Source: Candidatus Huberarchaeum crystalense (GTDB lineage: Archaea > Huberarchaeota > Huberarchaeia > Huberarchaeales > Huberarchaeaceae). Taken from it: DNA of 32,389 nucleotides. Of the stretch, positions 8,146 to 17,866 are shown piece after piece. The stretch is taken from NCBI GenBank assembly GCA_002790315.1, contig PFUW01000020.1, forward strand, positions 1 through 32,389, written 5' to 3'. The notes beneath the pieces were generated by a model that saw only the letters and a program-made list of their open reading frames with translations, did no database searches and was not told the origin of the DNA. Within the stretch, counting starts at the first letter, position 1, and the number at the start of each line of letters is the position of its first letter. Position numbers and translations under genes: made by a program.

Positions 8146-8958
8146 ATGGGCTTTTATCTTGATAAATCATTTTCAATTGATTTTGGTACAAAACTCGAAA
8201 GTGCGCGCAGCTTAATTCTTGGTGTTCCTTTTGATTCAACCACAACCGCAATTCCTGGTTCTCGACAAGCGCCTTTGCGAGTGCGAGAGGCATTTTTCCA
8301 AAAAGAAACTGCAAATTTAAATTTATATGATTTAGGAAATCTTGTTTGCGTGCCTGCAAATATCACAGAAACAGGAAAACGAGTTGAATATACTCTGCGC
8401 GAAATTAGAAAAAAATCCTCTTCGCCGATTTTTACTCTTGGTGGCGAGCATCTAATTACATATTGGACTACTAAAATTTTAGAGCCAGATATTTTGCTTG
8501 TTTTTGACGCGCACTTTGATCTGAAAGACCAAGTCAATGGTGAAAAATATACACACTGCACTTTTTTGCGTCGAATTATAGAAGAAACAAACATCAGAAT
8601 TATTGTGGTTGGGGGCCGCGCATTTGATGATGACGAAAAATTGTTTGTTGAAAAACACAAAGAACAATTAATTTTTACAAGTTCTTTTGAAAAAATTAAT
8701 GAAATTTGCAAAGATAAAAAAACATATATCTCTGTTGATGTTGATGTTTTTGATCCTGTATTTGCACCAGGAACAGGAACTCCTGAAAGCAATGGTTTGG
8801 ACACTCGTCAATTTTTTAATATTTTTGAAAATCTAAACATTGATTTGCTCGGCGGCGATGTGGTTGAGATAAATCCTTTACTTGATGACAAAGCAAACAG
8901 GACATCTGTTTTGGCTGCTGATGTTTTGTTTGAGTTGATTAAAAAGAGCCAAAAATAA
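8146..8958 (+). CDS. speB: Agmatinase (ureohydrolase family)
   Basis: GVPFD, GGEH, DAHFD, SVDVDVFDP..APGTGTPE, DVVEINP. Confidence 0.88.
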   Translation: MGFYLDKSFSIDFGTKLESARSLILGVPFDSTTTAIPGSRQAPLRVREAFFQKETANLNLYDLGNLVCVPANITETGKRVEYTLREIRKKSSSPIFTLGGEHLITYWTTKILEPDILLVFDAHFDLKDQVNGEKYTHCTFLRRIIEETNIRIIVVGGRAFDDDEKLFVEKHKEQLIFTSSFEKINEICKDKKTYISVDVDVFDPVFAPGTGTPESNGLDTRQFFNIFENLNIDLLGGDVVEINPLLDDKANRTSVLAADVLFELIKKSQK

Positions 8959-8959
8959 T

Positions 8960-9919
8960 ATGGTGCGCAAATTTTTCTGTTTTTTGCTTTTAATTCTTAC
9001 TTTTAGCAATATTTGTTATGCTGGTGTTTCTATTGATATTATTTCAGCACCTTTAAGTGCATCTGCTGGCGAAAATCTTCAAATTACAATTAATATTTAC
9101 AGCGATGTTTATGCTGAGGGACATCTATATTCTTATATCTATAAATATGATAAAACTAAAAATAAAACAATTTATGCTAACGAAAAAGGGTGGCAGGAAA
9201 ACAGATGTGGGTTTAGTATTAATGGAAGTGAGAAAAAAGTTTTAAAAAACAATATTATAGAAAATGTTGAACCAGGAGAATATATTTATCGAGTTAGGTT
9301 TAAAGAAAAAGTAGAAGATAAAACTAAAAACCACGATGCTGATATAAAGATAAATGTTGGTAATTATCCAGCACCAAAATCAACTTGTGAAGCAAAATTC
9401 ATTGGCGAAAAATACTGTAAATTGGACAATGTTTATCAAAAATACGAACAAAGCAATTGCAGTCAAATTGAAAAGAAAATTGAGACCTGTAACTTTGGCT
9501 GTAAAAATGGGGTTTGTAAGAGCAATACTTCAACATCTTTGGACGCAGATTTGAACAACACAACAAAAAGTGCGCGCAACTCAACCACAAACACAACAAC
9601 TTCGGCGAACAATACAGATTTAAATAAGAATAACAACACAACAAATAATAATGTAAGTAAGGGTGATGGTGTGAATAAAGACAATACAAGTAAGGGTGAT
9701 GGTGTGAATAAAGACAATATCTTAGAGCAGCAAAATATAGAACAAGATGACGCTCCTTATGAAAAAAGTCAAACTATAACAAGCAGAGGCATAACTAAGA
9801 ATACAGAATTACTTTCTTTATCTGCGATTTCAGGTATGTTTTCCCAAACTAGCAATCTTTCATTGCTTGGAATGGTTGTTGTTTTGGCTATTATTGGAAT
9901 AATTTTGTGGAAAATATAG
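8960..9919 (+). CDS. Cell-surface glycoprotein: signal peptide, Ig-like region, Cys-rich module, Asn/Thr-rich stalk, C-terminal TM anchor
   Basis: Hydrophobic N-terminus; CEAK..YC..C..CNFGCKNGVC; many N-x-S/T sequons; internal SKGDGVNKDN duplication; C-terminal LLGMVVVLAIIGIILWKI. Confidence 0.7.
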   Translation: MVRKFFCFLLLILTFSNICYAGVSIDIISAPLSASAGENLQITINIYSDVYAEGHLYSYIYKYDKTKNKTIYANEKGWQENRCGFSINGSEKKVLKNNIIENVEPGEYIYRVRFKEKVEDKTKNHDADIKINVGNYPAPKSTCEAKFIGEKYCKLDNVYQKYEQSNCSQIEKKIETCNFGCKNGVCKSNTSTSLDADLNNTTKSARNSTTNTTTSANNTDLNKNNNTTNNNVSKGDGVNKDNTSKGDGVNKDNILEQQNIEQDDAPYEKSQTITSRGITKNTELLSLSAISGMFSQTSNLSLLGMVVVLAIIGIILWKI

Positions 9920-9932
9920 GTGTAATAAATAT

Positions 9933-10481
9933 ATGGTTATAGAAGCACAAATTATGCAGGATTTTGCAGGACGAAATAGCGAATCTTTAAATGGTTTTGC
10001 AGAAAAAATTATTGATGAAATAAAAAAGCAAATGCTTGATATAAACTTTAAGAAAATAGATATAAGTAAGCCAAAACAAGATGAGAAAACAAAGCTTTTT
10101 TTTGTTACTGTTGTTTTAACTGTCAGCGCCGAACGAATTTCTGATATTTTTAAATTTTACTCCTTTTCTTTGTGGGGTCCAATGTTTATTGATGTTTTAT
10201 CTCCTATAAAATATGATCTTACCTTAGACGAAATGCAAGAAGTTTTTAATATTAACTCCCAAATTATAACTCAAAACACAACCCATCTTTTGCAACAAAC
10301 GCAACAATCTTCTATATTACAAACCAATAACTCAAATAATAATAATAGTAATGCAAACACTAAAACCACAACGCAGACAGATAACTCATATAATAATAGT
10401 AATGCAAACACTAAAACCACAACCCTGACTAATGAAACAATTATTGACGCGCACACAAAAAAAGATAAAATACCCAAATAA
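9933..10481 (+). CDS. Hypothetical protein with low-complexity N/T/Q C-terminus
   Basis: 182-aa ORF in operon context; NNSNANTKTTT duplicated. Confidence 0.7.
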   Translation: MVIEAQIMQDFAGRNSESLNGFAEKIIDEIKKQMLDINFKKIDISKPKQDEKTKLFFVTVVLTVSAERISDIFKFYSFSLWGPMFIDVLSPIKYDLTLDEMQEVFNINSQIITQNTTHLLQQTQQSSILQTNNSNNNNSNANTKTTTQTDNSYNNSNANTKTTTLTNETIIDAHTKKDKIPK

Positions 10482-10484
10482 TAT

Positions 10485-11723
10485 ATGAGACACAAAATTT
10501 TGCTTTTAGGTTTGGCAATTTTAATACTTTTCACTCCTGTTTTTGCTGCTGATGAAGACTCTGTAAAATTTAATGCATATACTGGCAGCACTTTTGAAAA
10601 AAATCGCGCAATTTTCGATGTGTTTACCCAAGAGTCAGCGAGCGCATGCTTTTATATTTTGGATAATTTTTCTATCAAAGAAATTTCTGAAAAAATTAAT
10701 CAAACCAGATATAGGGTCGATTTAAAAAATTTAACAACAGGAAAACACAAAATATTGTTTACTTGTTATTTTAACAGCAAAAATTATTCAACAAACCCAT
10801 ATAATTTTGAAATATATCCTATTTTTTGCGGCGACGGAATTTGCAGTTCAGGAGAAACACCTCAAAGTTGTCCTGCTGATTGCGGCTCACCCTATCGCAA
10901 AATAGGAGATGTGTGCTATTCAGATGAGTCTTGCGAGAGCAAGCACTGTGTTCACGGATTTTGCAGAGAAAATAAATGGGCTGCGGGTGATGGTTTTTGC
11001 GATAAAAACATTGGCGAAAATTGCGAAAATAGCCCAAAAGATTGTGGTGTTTGTCCTAAAATTAAATATAGAATTTACTCTTCAACTATGTCTGTTCAAC
11101 CATTTTGCAAAGAAGAAAGTGTTTGTATTGATGTGAGCGAATTAAATGTAGAACTTATTATAGATAATAATATGTCTTATAGTATAAATAAATATAGTAT
11201 TTGTTTTAATGCGAGCGAAGGAAGTCATATTTTTACTCTAAAAAAAGAACAATTCTTGTCTATTTCTGATGTATTTAATGTAATTGAATGTGATAAAAAA
11301 ATTATTTTTGGATATTTATGCAGTAAATATGCTTGGCCACTTGTCGCGCTTTTTGCTTTGTTGTCAGCATTTATTGTTTGGATGCTTTTAAATCCACGCT
11401 TTTTTATGCCAAAGTATGAAAAAGGAGAAGGTGCGCGCGCCAACCTCCAACACTTTATTAACAGTGCATTAAGATCGCTTTCAGAAGAAGAAATTGTTAA
11501 TTTAGCGCGAGAAAAAGGATGGCAGATTAGTGATGTTGCGTCAGCAGTTAAAAATGTAGTTATGCAGCGTGATTTTAAACGATTTTTATTTGGCGGCGCT
11601 GTTTTTATTACACTTATTTTAATTGTTTTTTTGCTTGGTGTTTGCGATTTTTACTGGGTGCCTGCAGCTGTTTGTGTAGTTTCAGTAGCAACTTTGATTA
11701 AACAAAGAAGTCTTTATTTTTAA
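10485..11723 (+). CDS. Cys-rich repeat surface/membrane protein
   Basis: Signal peptide; CGDGICSSGETPQSCPADC and GDGFCDKNIGENCENSPKDC repeats; about 3 C-terminal TM segments. Confidence 0.75.
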   Translation: MRHKILLLGLAILILFTPVFAADEDSVKFNAYTGSTFEKNRAIFDVFTQESASACFYILDNFSIKEISEKINQTRYRVDLKNLTTGKHKILFTCYFNSKNYSTNPYNFEIYPIFCGDGICSSGETPQSCPADCGSPYRKIGDVCYSDESCESKHCVHGFCRENKWAAGDGFCDKNIGENCENSPKDCGVCPKIKYRIYSSTMSVQPFCKEESVCIDVSELNVELIIDNNMSYSINKYSICFNASEGSHIFTLKKEQFLSISDVFNVIECDKKIIFGYLCSKYAWPLVALFALLSAFIVWMLLNPRFFMPKYEKGEGARANLQHFINSALRSLSEEEIVNLAREKGWQISDVASAVKNVVMQRDFKRFLFGGAVFITLILIVFLLGVCDFYWVPAAVCVVSVATLIKQRSLYF

Positions 11724-11880
11724 TTGTGCTGCTTTTAAAAATAAATCAATTTATGTCTTAATTATATACTTGTTTTTATATTTATATATTTGTTTTTGAG
11801 ATAATTCTAAAATTTATAACATCTGTAATAAAACACAAACTCTACACAAAACTTTTTATAAACTTTTATAACAAAAGTTT

Positions 11881-12297
11881 ATGGCAACAATAAACAGAAA
11901 AGTTAGAAAAGCGCGCGGAAAGCGCGGAGGAAGGGGGCAAGGAAAAAAACAACGCGGAAAAGGAACGCAAGGTGGTTGTGGGTTGGCTGGTTTAAACAAA
12001 TGGAAACTTGGAACTACTTTAAAATATGCTCCTGATCATTTTGGAACATGGGGGGTTGCGCGCAGAACAAAACACATGTGTGGCATTAATCTTTATCAAA
12101 TAACCCAAAAACTAAAATATTTTGAGAATAAAAAAGCATTGGAAACCGAGGTACTTGATTTAACTTCTACAAAATATGACAAAGTTCTCAGTTTGGGGGA
12201 TGTTCCAAAAGGCATTAAAAAAATCATTACTCATGCTGTTTCAGATAAAGCAAAAACAAAGTTAAATGAAGCCGGCATTGAAGTTGTGATTGGGTAA
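11881..12297 (+). CDS. rpl15: 50S ribosomal protein uL15
   Basis: Gly/Arg-rich N-terminus (GTQGGCGLAG), INL, YDKVLSLG, SDKAKTKLNEAG; precedes secY. Confidence 0.92.
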   Translation: MATINRKVRKARGKRGGRGQGKKQRGKGTQGGCGLAGLNKWKLGTTLKYAPDHFGTWGVARRTKHMCGINLYQITQKLKYFENKKALETEVLDLTSTKYDKVLSLGDVPKGIKKIITHAVSDKAKTKLNEAGIEVVIG

Positions 12298-12301
12298 TTT
12301 T

Positions 12302-13630
12302 ATGTCTAATTTTCTTGCAACAATTATGCCGACTGTTAGCGCGCCAAAAGGAAAAACATCTTTGAAAGAGAAATTTATGTGGATTTTTATAGTTTGCGCA
12401 ATTTATGTAATTTTAGGAAGTATTCCTCTTATAGGCCTTGCAGAGGGAGTATATACTCAGTTTGAGCTTTTGCAAATCTTAACAGCATCAAGTATTGGGA
12501 CTATTTTAACTTTAGGTATTATTCCTATTATTGATGCGTCCATTCTTTTGCAGATTTTGTTAGGTATGAAGTTTATATCTATTGATGTTTCTACTTCTCA
12601 AGGAAAAGCACAATTAGGCGCACTTCAAAAAGTATTGGCAATATTTTTCGCGCTCGCATTTTCTTTAGTTTTTGTTGTTACTGGTATACTATCTCCTGCG
12701 CAAGGGATTCCGCAAGTTTTTTTATTTATTCAGATTTTTATGGGTGCAATCCTTGTAATTTTTCTTGACGAAATTATTACAAAATGGGGTTTTGGAAGTG
12801 GAATAGGTTGGTTTATTTTGCTGGGTGTGGCGCAAGAAGCTATATATAGGGGATTTAATATTTTTGAAGTTGTGGGTTTAAATCTTGGAGATGTTGTTAA
12901 ATATATTGGAAATCTGGTTGCAGGCAATATTGGCGAAATTGATTTGCTTTTTCCCATTATATTTACTTTGGTTATTTTCGCAGTTGTAAACTTTGCGCAG
13001 TTATTGCGAGTAGAAGTTCCGTTGTCATATAATCAATTTGCTAGCGGCCACAGCTGGAAATTAAAATTTATATATACAAGCAACATTCCTGTAATTTTTG
13101 CTTCAATTATTATAGCTGAAATGGGATTAGTATTTAATACAATAGCAAACCATTCAACAGATATTATTCAGCAAATATTTAGTGGACTTCACTGGTTTGT
13201 ATCTATCCCCCCATCTTTTATTACTCACGCACTGTCAGGTACAGCATCCACAACAATGTATATGCAATCTTTTTCTCATATTTTGTTATATGTGGTGTTA
13301 TCTGCTATGATGGCTTTGTTGTGGTTGGAAATGACTGCTGCAAGCACACCATCAGGAGTTGCATCTCAAATCCACAAAGCAGGAATGAGCATCGGAGGTT
13401 TTAGAAGAGATCCGCGCATTATTGAAGCGAGGTTGACAAATTACATACCTTATCTTGCTGCAATGGGTGGTGCTTTTGTTGGCTTGCTTGCTGCGTTTGC
13501 TAATTTAACTGGTGCATATGGCGGAGGTACAGGCATTTTGTTGGCAGTTATGATTGTTTTTCAGCTTTATGAATATCTTATCCATCAGCATGCAGAAGAA
13601 TTCCTTCCTTTGTTGCGGAAGAAGTTTTGA
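12302..13630 (+). CDS. secY: Preprotein translocase subunit SecY
   Basis: GTILTLGIIPII, LDEIITKWGFGSGI, KFIYTSNIPVI, GFRRDPRI, GGGTGILLAV. ATG 12302 preferred over TTG 12290. Confidence 0.95.
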   Translation: MSNFLATIMPTVSAPKGKTSLKEKFMWIFIVCAIYVILGSIPLIGLAEGVYTQFELLQILTASSIGTILTLGIIPIIDASILLQILLGMKFISIDVSTSQGKAQLGALQKVLAIFFALAFSLVFVVTGILSPAQGIPQVFLFIQIFMGAILVIFLDEIITKWGFGSGIGWFILLGVAQEAIYRGFNIFEVVGLNLGDVVKYIGNLVAGNIGEIDLLFPIIFTLVIFAVVNFAQLLRVEVPLSYNQFASGHSWKLKFIYTSNIPVIFASIIIAEMGLVFNTIANHSTDIIQQIFSGLHWFVSIPPSFITHALSGTASTTMYMQSFSHILLYVVLSAMMALLWLEMTAASTPSGVASQIHKAGMSIGGFRRDPRIIEARLTNYIPYLAAMGGAFVGLLAAFANLTGAYGGGTGILLAVMIVFQLYEYLIHQHAEEFLPLLRKKF

Positions 13631-13760
13631 AATTGTGGTTTGAAGACAAACTTAAAAAATAGTTTGTGTTGATATTACTGATGTGTTGATTTAATATGTC
13701 AAACTATTTTGAATTTGCATCAAAAGAAAAAAGAAAAAATACACAGCATCAACATAAACA

Positions 13761-13835
13761 TAGCGGGGAATGGACTTGAACCATTGACCTTCGGGTTATG
13801 GGCCCGACGAGCACTCCATGCTGCTCCACCCCGCT
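13761..13835 (-). tRNA. tRNA-iMet (CAT), initiator
   Basis: Cloverleaf AGCGGGG...CCCCGCT-A with an A1:U72 pair and three G-C pairs in the anticodon stem (TCGGG CCCATAA CCCGA). TTCAA T-loop. No CCA encoded. Confidence 0.95.
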
Positions 13836-13888
13836 TTTATTTAAATTGTTGTGCATCTTATAATTTTTTTATAATTTTTATAAAAATT

Positions 13889-14263
13889 ATGTGGCAATAT
13901 CAAAAAGGTGTGACTTTTGAAAGGCAATTATTCAAGCGATTTTGGGATTCTGGTTGGGCTGCTATGCGCGCAGCTGGTTCAGGAGACAAAAAAGTCCCTG
14001 ATATTATTGCAGGAAATGGAAAAAAGCTTATAATTGTAGAATGCAAAACAATTAACGACGACCATATTTATTTGAAAAAAGATGATGTTGAAAAGTTGAT
14101 TTTGTTTGGCTTGCGAATTAAAGCCTGGCCACTTATTTGTGTAAAGTTCAAGGGCAACCCTGAGATATTTTATGCAATTGAGGATTTGCAATATACCAAA
14201 AATAACTGCTGCAAACTTAGTGTCCAACAAAAAGGCCTTTCATTTGATGAGATAAACTATTAA
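13889..14263 (+). CDS. hjc: Holliday junction resolvase Hjc
   Basis: KGVTFERQL, RAAGSG, PDIIAGNG, VECK. True start 13889; the longer ORF overlaps the tRNA. Confidence 0.92.
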   Translation: MWQYQKGVTFERQLFKRFWDSGWAAMRAAGSGDKKVPDIIAGNGKKLIIVECKTINDDHIYLKKDDVEKLILFGLRIKAWPLICVKFKGNPEIFYAIEDLQYTKNNCCKLSVQQKGLSFDEINY

Positions 14264-14290
14264 TTATTTTAAATAAGTACAAAAAATATT

Positions 14291-15166
14291 ATGAAATCAT
14301 CACAAATATATGTTTTGTTACTGGTTTTTATAATTTTAGCAGGAAGTGCATATCTTTTCTTGATTTTAAATAACCAAGTTCAGCAAAAATCAACAGAACT
14401 AACAGGTCTGTCGATTATAAAAGCAGAATTAGAGAACACGTCTCGTTCTCTTGCCGCAGATATTTCAGACTGCAGGGCACAACTAACACACACCCAACAA
14501 GCGTACAAACAACTTTTACAATCCAAGCAAGCAAATTTTACAAATCCTTTATTTAAAGAGCTTGTTAGCTTTTTAGAAGCAGACAAGACAGAGAAAACAC
14601 AATACAATGAACAAACTTATGATTGCACAGGCTTTTCCTTAGATTTGTATAAGAACAGTCGCGCGCATGGTTTTAAATCAGGAATTGTTGAAATAGAATT
14701 TGCAGAAACCAACAACGCAGGCCATATGATAAATGTTTTCCAAACACATGACAAAGGAAGAGTATTTATTGATGTGGCTGGAACAAAAGAAGGAAAAGGT
14801 GAAGACAAAGTTGGGTATATTAAACCAGGAAAGCCATATGGAACCTTGCCTTTTGCGTCAATACTCAACACCACAACAGCAATAGATTGCAACACAACTT
14901 GCCGGGTTTTTGCAAAAGAAATAGATTATTTTGATTTGGATGTGTTTTCTTATGCTTTTTTTGAAAATACAAAACAATGCATAACTTTATACAACAATTG
15001 CAGCCGCATTTTTGCAATAGATTCATCAGAACGAGCAGAATACACTTCTGAAGAGCAAAACAAACTTTTCGCGCACCTACAAGAATTGTATGTTTATTTA
15101 GATAAAAAACACATATCTTATATTTCTAAAAATGTGACAGTGAAGAGTATCCAGATTTATTGGTAG
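14291..15166 (+). CDS. Membrane-anchored protein with coiled coil and transglutaminase-like/papain-fold Cys protease domain
   Basis: N-terminal TM and coiled coil, then YDCTGFS ... GHMIN ... FID giving a candidate Cys-His-Asp triad. Confidence 0.65.
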   Translation: MKSSQIYVLLLVFIILAGSAYLFLILNNQVQQKSTELTGLSIIKAELENTSRSLAADISDCRAQLTHTQQAYKQLLQSKQANFTNPLFKELVSFLEADKTEKTQYNEQTYDCTGFSLDLYKNSRAHGFKSGIVEIEFAETNNAGHMINVFQTHDKGRVFIDVAGTKEGKGEDKVGYIKPGKPYGTLPFASILNTTTAIDCNTTCRVFAKEIDYFDLDVFSYAFFENTKQCITLYNNCSRIFAIDSSERAEYTSEEQNKLFAHLQELYVYLDKKHISYISKNVTVKSIQIYW

Positions 15167-15233
15167 ATTTTGTTTTTTAATTTATTTAAACATCTTAACA
15201 AAACTCTTTTTATATTGTTTTAATAACACATTC

Positions 15234-15300
15234 TAAGCACTAAAATTACATCTTTTCAACAACACCCTATAAGCACTAAAATTACATCTTTTCAACAACA
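15234..15300. repeat. 31-bp direct repeat x2 (5-bp spacer) duplicating the argS 3' end
   Basis: TAAGCACTAAAATTACATCTTTTCAACAACA at 15234-15264 and 15270-15300. Confidence 0.9.
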
Positions 15301-17006
15301 TCTATTCCTAACAATCTCAGCGCCTCTTTAAGCACGACAGCAAAGCAATTTACCAAGAACAGCAAACTTTCTTCATCACAACTTCCCAAAACTTTAACAT
15401 CGCGATAAAATTGATTGAATTCATTTGCTAATGAGTAAGTATATTTAGCGATTTCAGCAGGTTCATAGGTTTCTGCTGTTTTTTCCACAACTTCTGGAAA
15501 TTTTGCCAACAATTTAATCAAAGGAAGTGTTTGGATAGTTGTCAAGCAATTAACTTTAAATATTGCTGGCTTTTTGCTGGTTTTTTCTAAAATGTGTTGG
15601 GCGCGCACATATGCATAAAGCAGATAAGGGGCTGCATTTCCTTTAAGATCAAGTGCTAAGTCAAAATCAAATTTAATGTCTTTTTTCCTTTCTGTTTTCA
15701 GCAAATAATATTTGACTGCTGCTGTTCCTATTTTTTCAGCGGTTTCATTTTTTTCAATTTCATTAGGTTCTGTTTGCTTTTCAGCAGAAATGTTTTTGGC
15801 GCGTCGTTTTGCTTCATCTAAAATTTCTGTAATAGATAAATTTGTTGTTCCTATTCTACTTGAAATTTTCGCTTCTTCTTTAAATCCAACCAACCCATAT
15901 GATAAATGAATTGAGTTTTTATATTGTTTTTCATAGCTTAGTAATTTTAATATATAAGACAATACTTTCATCACATATGCTTGTTCAACAGCAACAACAG
16001 TAATTGCTTTGTCTGCCCCTTTCCATTTTCCACCAAATAATTTGTCTTCAACAAGGCCAAATTTCCACATCTGCAAAATTATGTCTTTTCCAGTATATGT
16101 AGCAGTCCCATCGCTTTTTACTAAAATTTTGTCAGGATTTTTCATGCCTTTAAATTCTTCAAATTGGCTCAAATTAGCAACCCAACACCCATCTTTTTCA
16201 TAGATTTTACCTTGCTTTTTTAATATTTCTATTCCTTTTGTTAATAAGCCAGAAAATACAATGTCGCTTTCATATATTTTAAATTTTGGTTGTTTTATGC
16301 CAAGTCGTTGCCATGTTTGGTATTGTGCTTTAATACATTTATTTACTAAAGTTTTTTGCTCTTTATTGTATTTGAGGTTGGATTTTTGCTCGAGCATTTC
16401 TGCCATTTTATGAACTTGCGCATTTATTTTTTCGTCTTGTTCCATCAATTGTTTAATTTTTGTATAAATGCTTCCTTGCCAAAAGTCAGCTCTTTCTAAA
16501 AGTCCTTCTGCTGCAGGAAGATTTTTCAAATTTTTAACTGCCCAAAAAACAGCTGCTGTGGGCATGCCCATATCATTGATGTAATCTATTTGAATTGTGT
16601 TTTGACCTGCTTTTTTTAAAATATTTGAAATTGAATCTCCGAGGCAAGCATTGCGCGCATTTCCAATATGTCCTGCTTTATTTGGATTAAGCCCAGGAAA
16701 TTCAATGACAACAACCTCTTCCTTTTTCTTCATCTCTCCAAAATGTTCTTGCTTTTCTATAATTTGATGGAGTGTTTCTTTTATTAGTTTATTTTTATTA
16801 ACAAAAAAATTAAGATACTTTCCTGCAATATCAACGCGATCAATCCATTTATCTGTTTTAATTTTCCCAACAACACCAGCAGAATTTGAGATAAAAACAC
16901 TTGCATCGCCATATTTTGGATCTGGGGGGGTAAGAATTATAATTTTTTCAACTCCTGCGCACTTTAATTGTTCTACTATCTCTGTTTTAAAATCTAATAT
17001 AGGCAT
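15282..17006 (-). CDS. argS: Arginine--tRNA ligase
   Basis: PPDPKYGD, NPNKAGHIGNARNACLGD, YINDMG, KSDGTATY, GNAAPYLLYAYVRA, C-terminal EKM. Confidence 0.96.
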   Translation of the reverse strand: MPILDFKTEIVEQLKCAGVEKIIILTPPDPKYGDASVFISNSAGVVGKIKTDKWIDRVDIAGKYLNFFVNKNKLIKETLHQIIEKQEHFGEMKKKEEVVVIEFPGLNPNKAGHIGNARNACLGDSISNILKKAGQNTIQIDYINDMGMPTAAVFWAVKNLKNLPAAEGLLERADFWQGSIYTKIKQLMEQDEKINAQVHKMAEMLEQKSNLKYNKEQKTLVNKCIKAQYQTWQRLGIKQPKFKIYESDIVFSGLLTKGIEILKKQGKIYEKDGCWVANLSQFEEFKGMKNPDKILVKSDGTATYTGKDIILQMWKFGLVEDKLFGGKWKGADKAITVVAVEQAYVMKVLSYILKLLSYEKQYKNSIHLSYGLVGFKEEAKISSRIGTTNLSITEILDEAKRRAKNISAEKQTEPNEIEKNETAEKIGTAAVKYYLLKTERKKDIKFDFDLALDLKGNAAPYLLYAYVRAQHILEKTSKKPAIFKVNCLTTIQTLPLIKLLAKFPEVVEKTAETYEPAEIAKYTYSLANEFNQFYRDVKVLGSCDEESLLFLVNCFAVVLKEALRLLGIDVVEKM

Positions 17007-17148
17007 ATTTTTTTTAGGTTTGTATCTGTTTTTAGATTATATTTAAAATATGTGTGTTTTTTAGCTTATATTTAAAAAATTTAAGTGGCACTTATTTTAA
17101 AGCAAAGATAAAAAATATATTAAATAACAATAATATTATATTAGCAAG

Positions 17149-17220
17149 GGTCGTATAGCGCAGTGGTAGCGCGCTGCTTTCACAGAGCAGATGTCCTTGG
17201 TTCAAATCCAAGTACGACCA
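17149..17220 (+). tRNA. tRNA-Val (CAC)
   Basis: GGTCGTA/TACGACC acceptor, GCGC D-stem, CTGCT-TTCACAG-AGCAG anticodon arm, CTTGG-TTCAAAT-CCAAG T-arm. TTAAATA box at 17120-17126. Confidence 0.93.
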
Positions 17221-17260
17221 TTTATAAAAATAATACAAAGCAAAAACCAAAAGAAAAATC

Positions 17261-17866
17261 TTATGTTGTAAAATAAGTTCCTTTGTTTTTTCTTTCTTTA
17301 TTATTAAATCTGTCAAAAAATATAGAGGGATCTTTTAGTGTGCGCGGTTTTAGGTTTTTCAATTCAGGTTCTCCTATAAAGCAAAAGCCAACTAGGTAAT
17401 AATTATTAACATCTGCGCCAATGAGTTTTTTAATATTATCAAATTCGCTTGTATATTCTTCAAACCAAAACCCCAAATTTATATTTGCTGCTGCCAAACA
17501 CATATTTGTGATCGCGCTACCTACTTGAAACCAAAGATATTGCTGCTTTTTTTCAAGAGTTAATTTTTCTGTTTTTGGCGCAAAACTACCAAGAACGCAA
17601 ATTACAACAGGTGCTGTGACAAAAAGATTTTGTTGATATTTGTTTTTTAAAAGCTCTTTTATGTCTTGATTTTCAATAAACACAAAACTCAGCGGCTCTT
17701 GTGATTCTCGTTTTATTCCAAATTTAACACTATTGAGAATATATCCCACATCTTCTTTTGAAATAGGTTTGTTTTTAAAAAAAGGTGTAAAATTTTGAAT
17801 TTCAAGTAAAGTATCAATTTCTTGCTTGCACATTTTTTTTAAAAAAGAAGGTACTTTTAGAATCAT
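17261..17866 (-). CDS. Nitroreductase-family protein (divergent)
   Basis: FKNKPISKEDV, SQEPLSFVFI, APVVICV, AITNMCLAAANINLG, FIGEP. Confidence 0.75.
   Translation of the reverse strand: MILKVPSFLKKMCKQEIDTLLEIQNFTPFFKNKPISKEDVGYILNSVKFGIKRESQEPLSFVFIENQDIKELLKNKYQQNLFVTAPVVICVLGSFAPKTEKLTLEKKQQYLWFQVGSAITNMCLAAANINLGFWFEEYTSEFDNIKKLIGADVNNYYLVGFCFIGEPELKNLKPRTLKDPSIFFDRFNNKERKNKGTYFTT

Noticed and set aside
9655-10423. Intragenic repeats as diversity-generating retroelement TR/VR pairs
   Set aside because: Adjacent near-identical short copies without adenine-specific mismatches; no reverse transcriptase in the window.
13709-13888. N-terminal extension of Hjc
   Set aside because: Antisense overlap with tRNA-iMet; homology starts at 13889.
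17092-17316. 74-aa minus-strand ORF
   Set aside because: Antisense to tRNA-Val.
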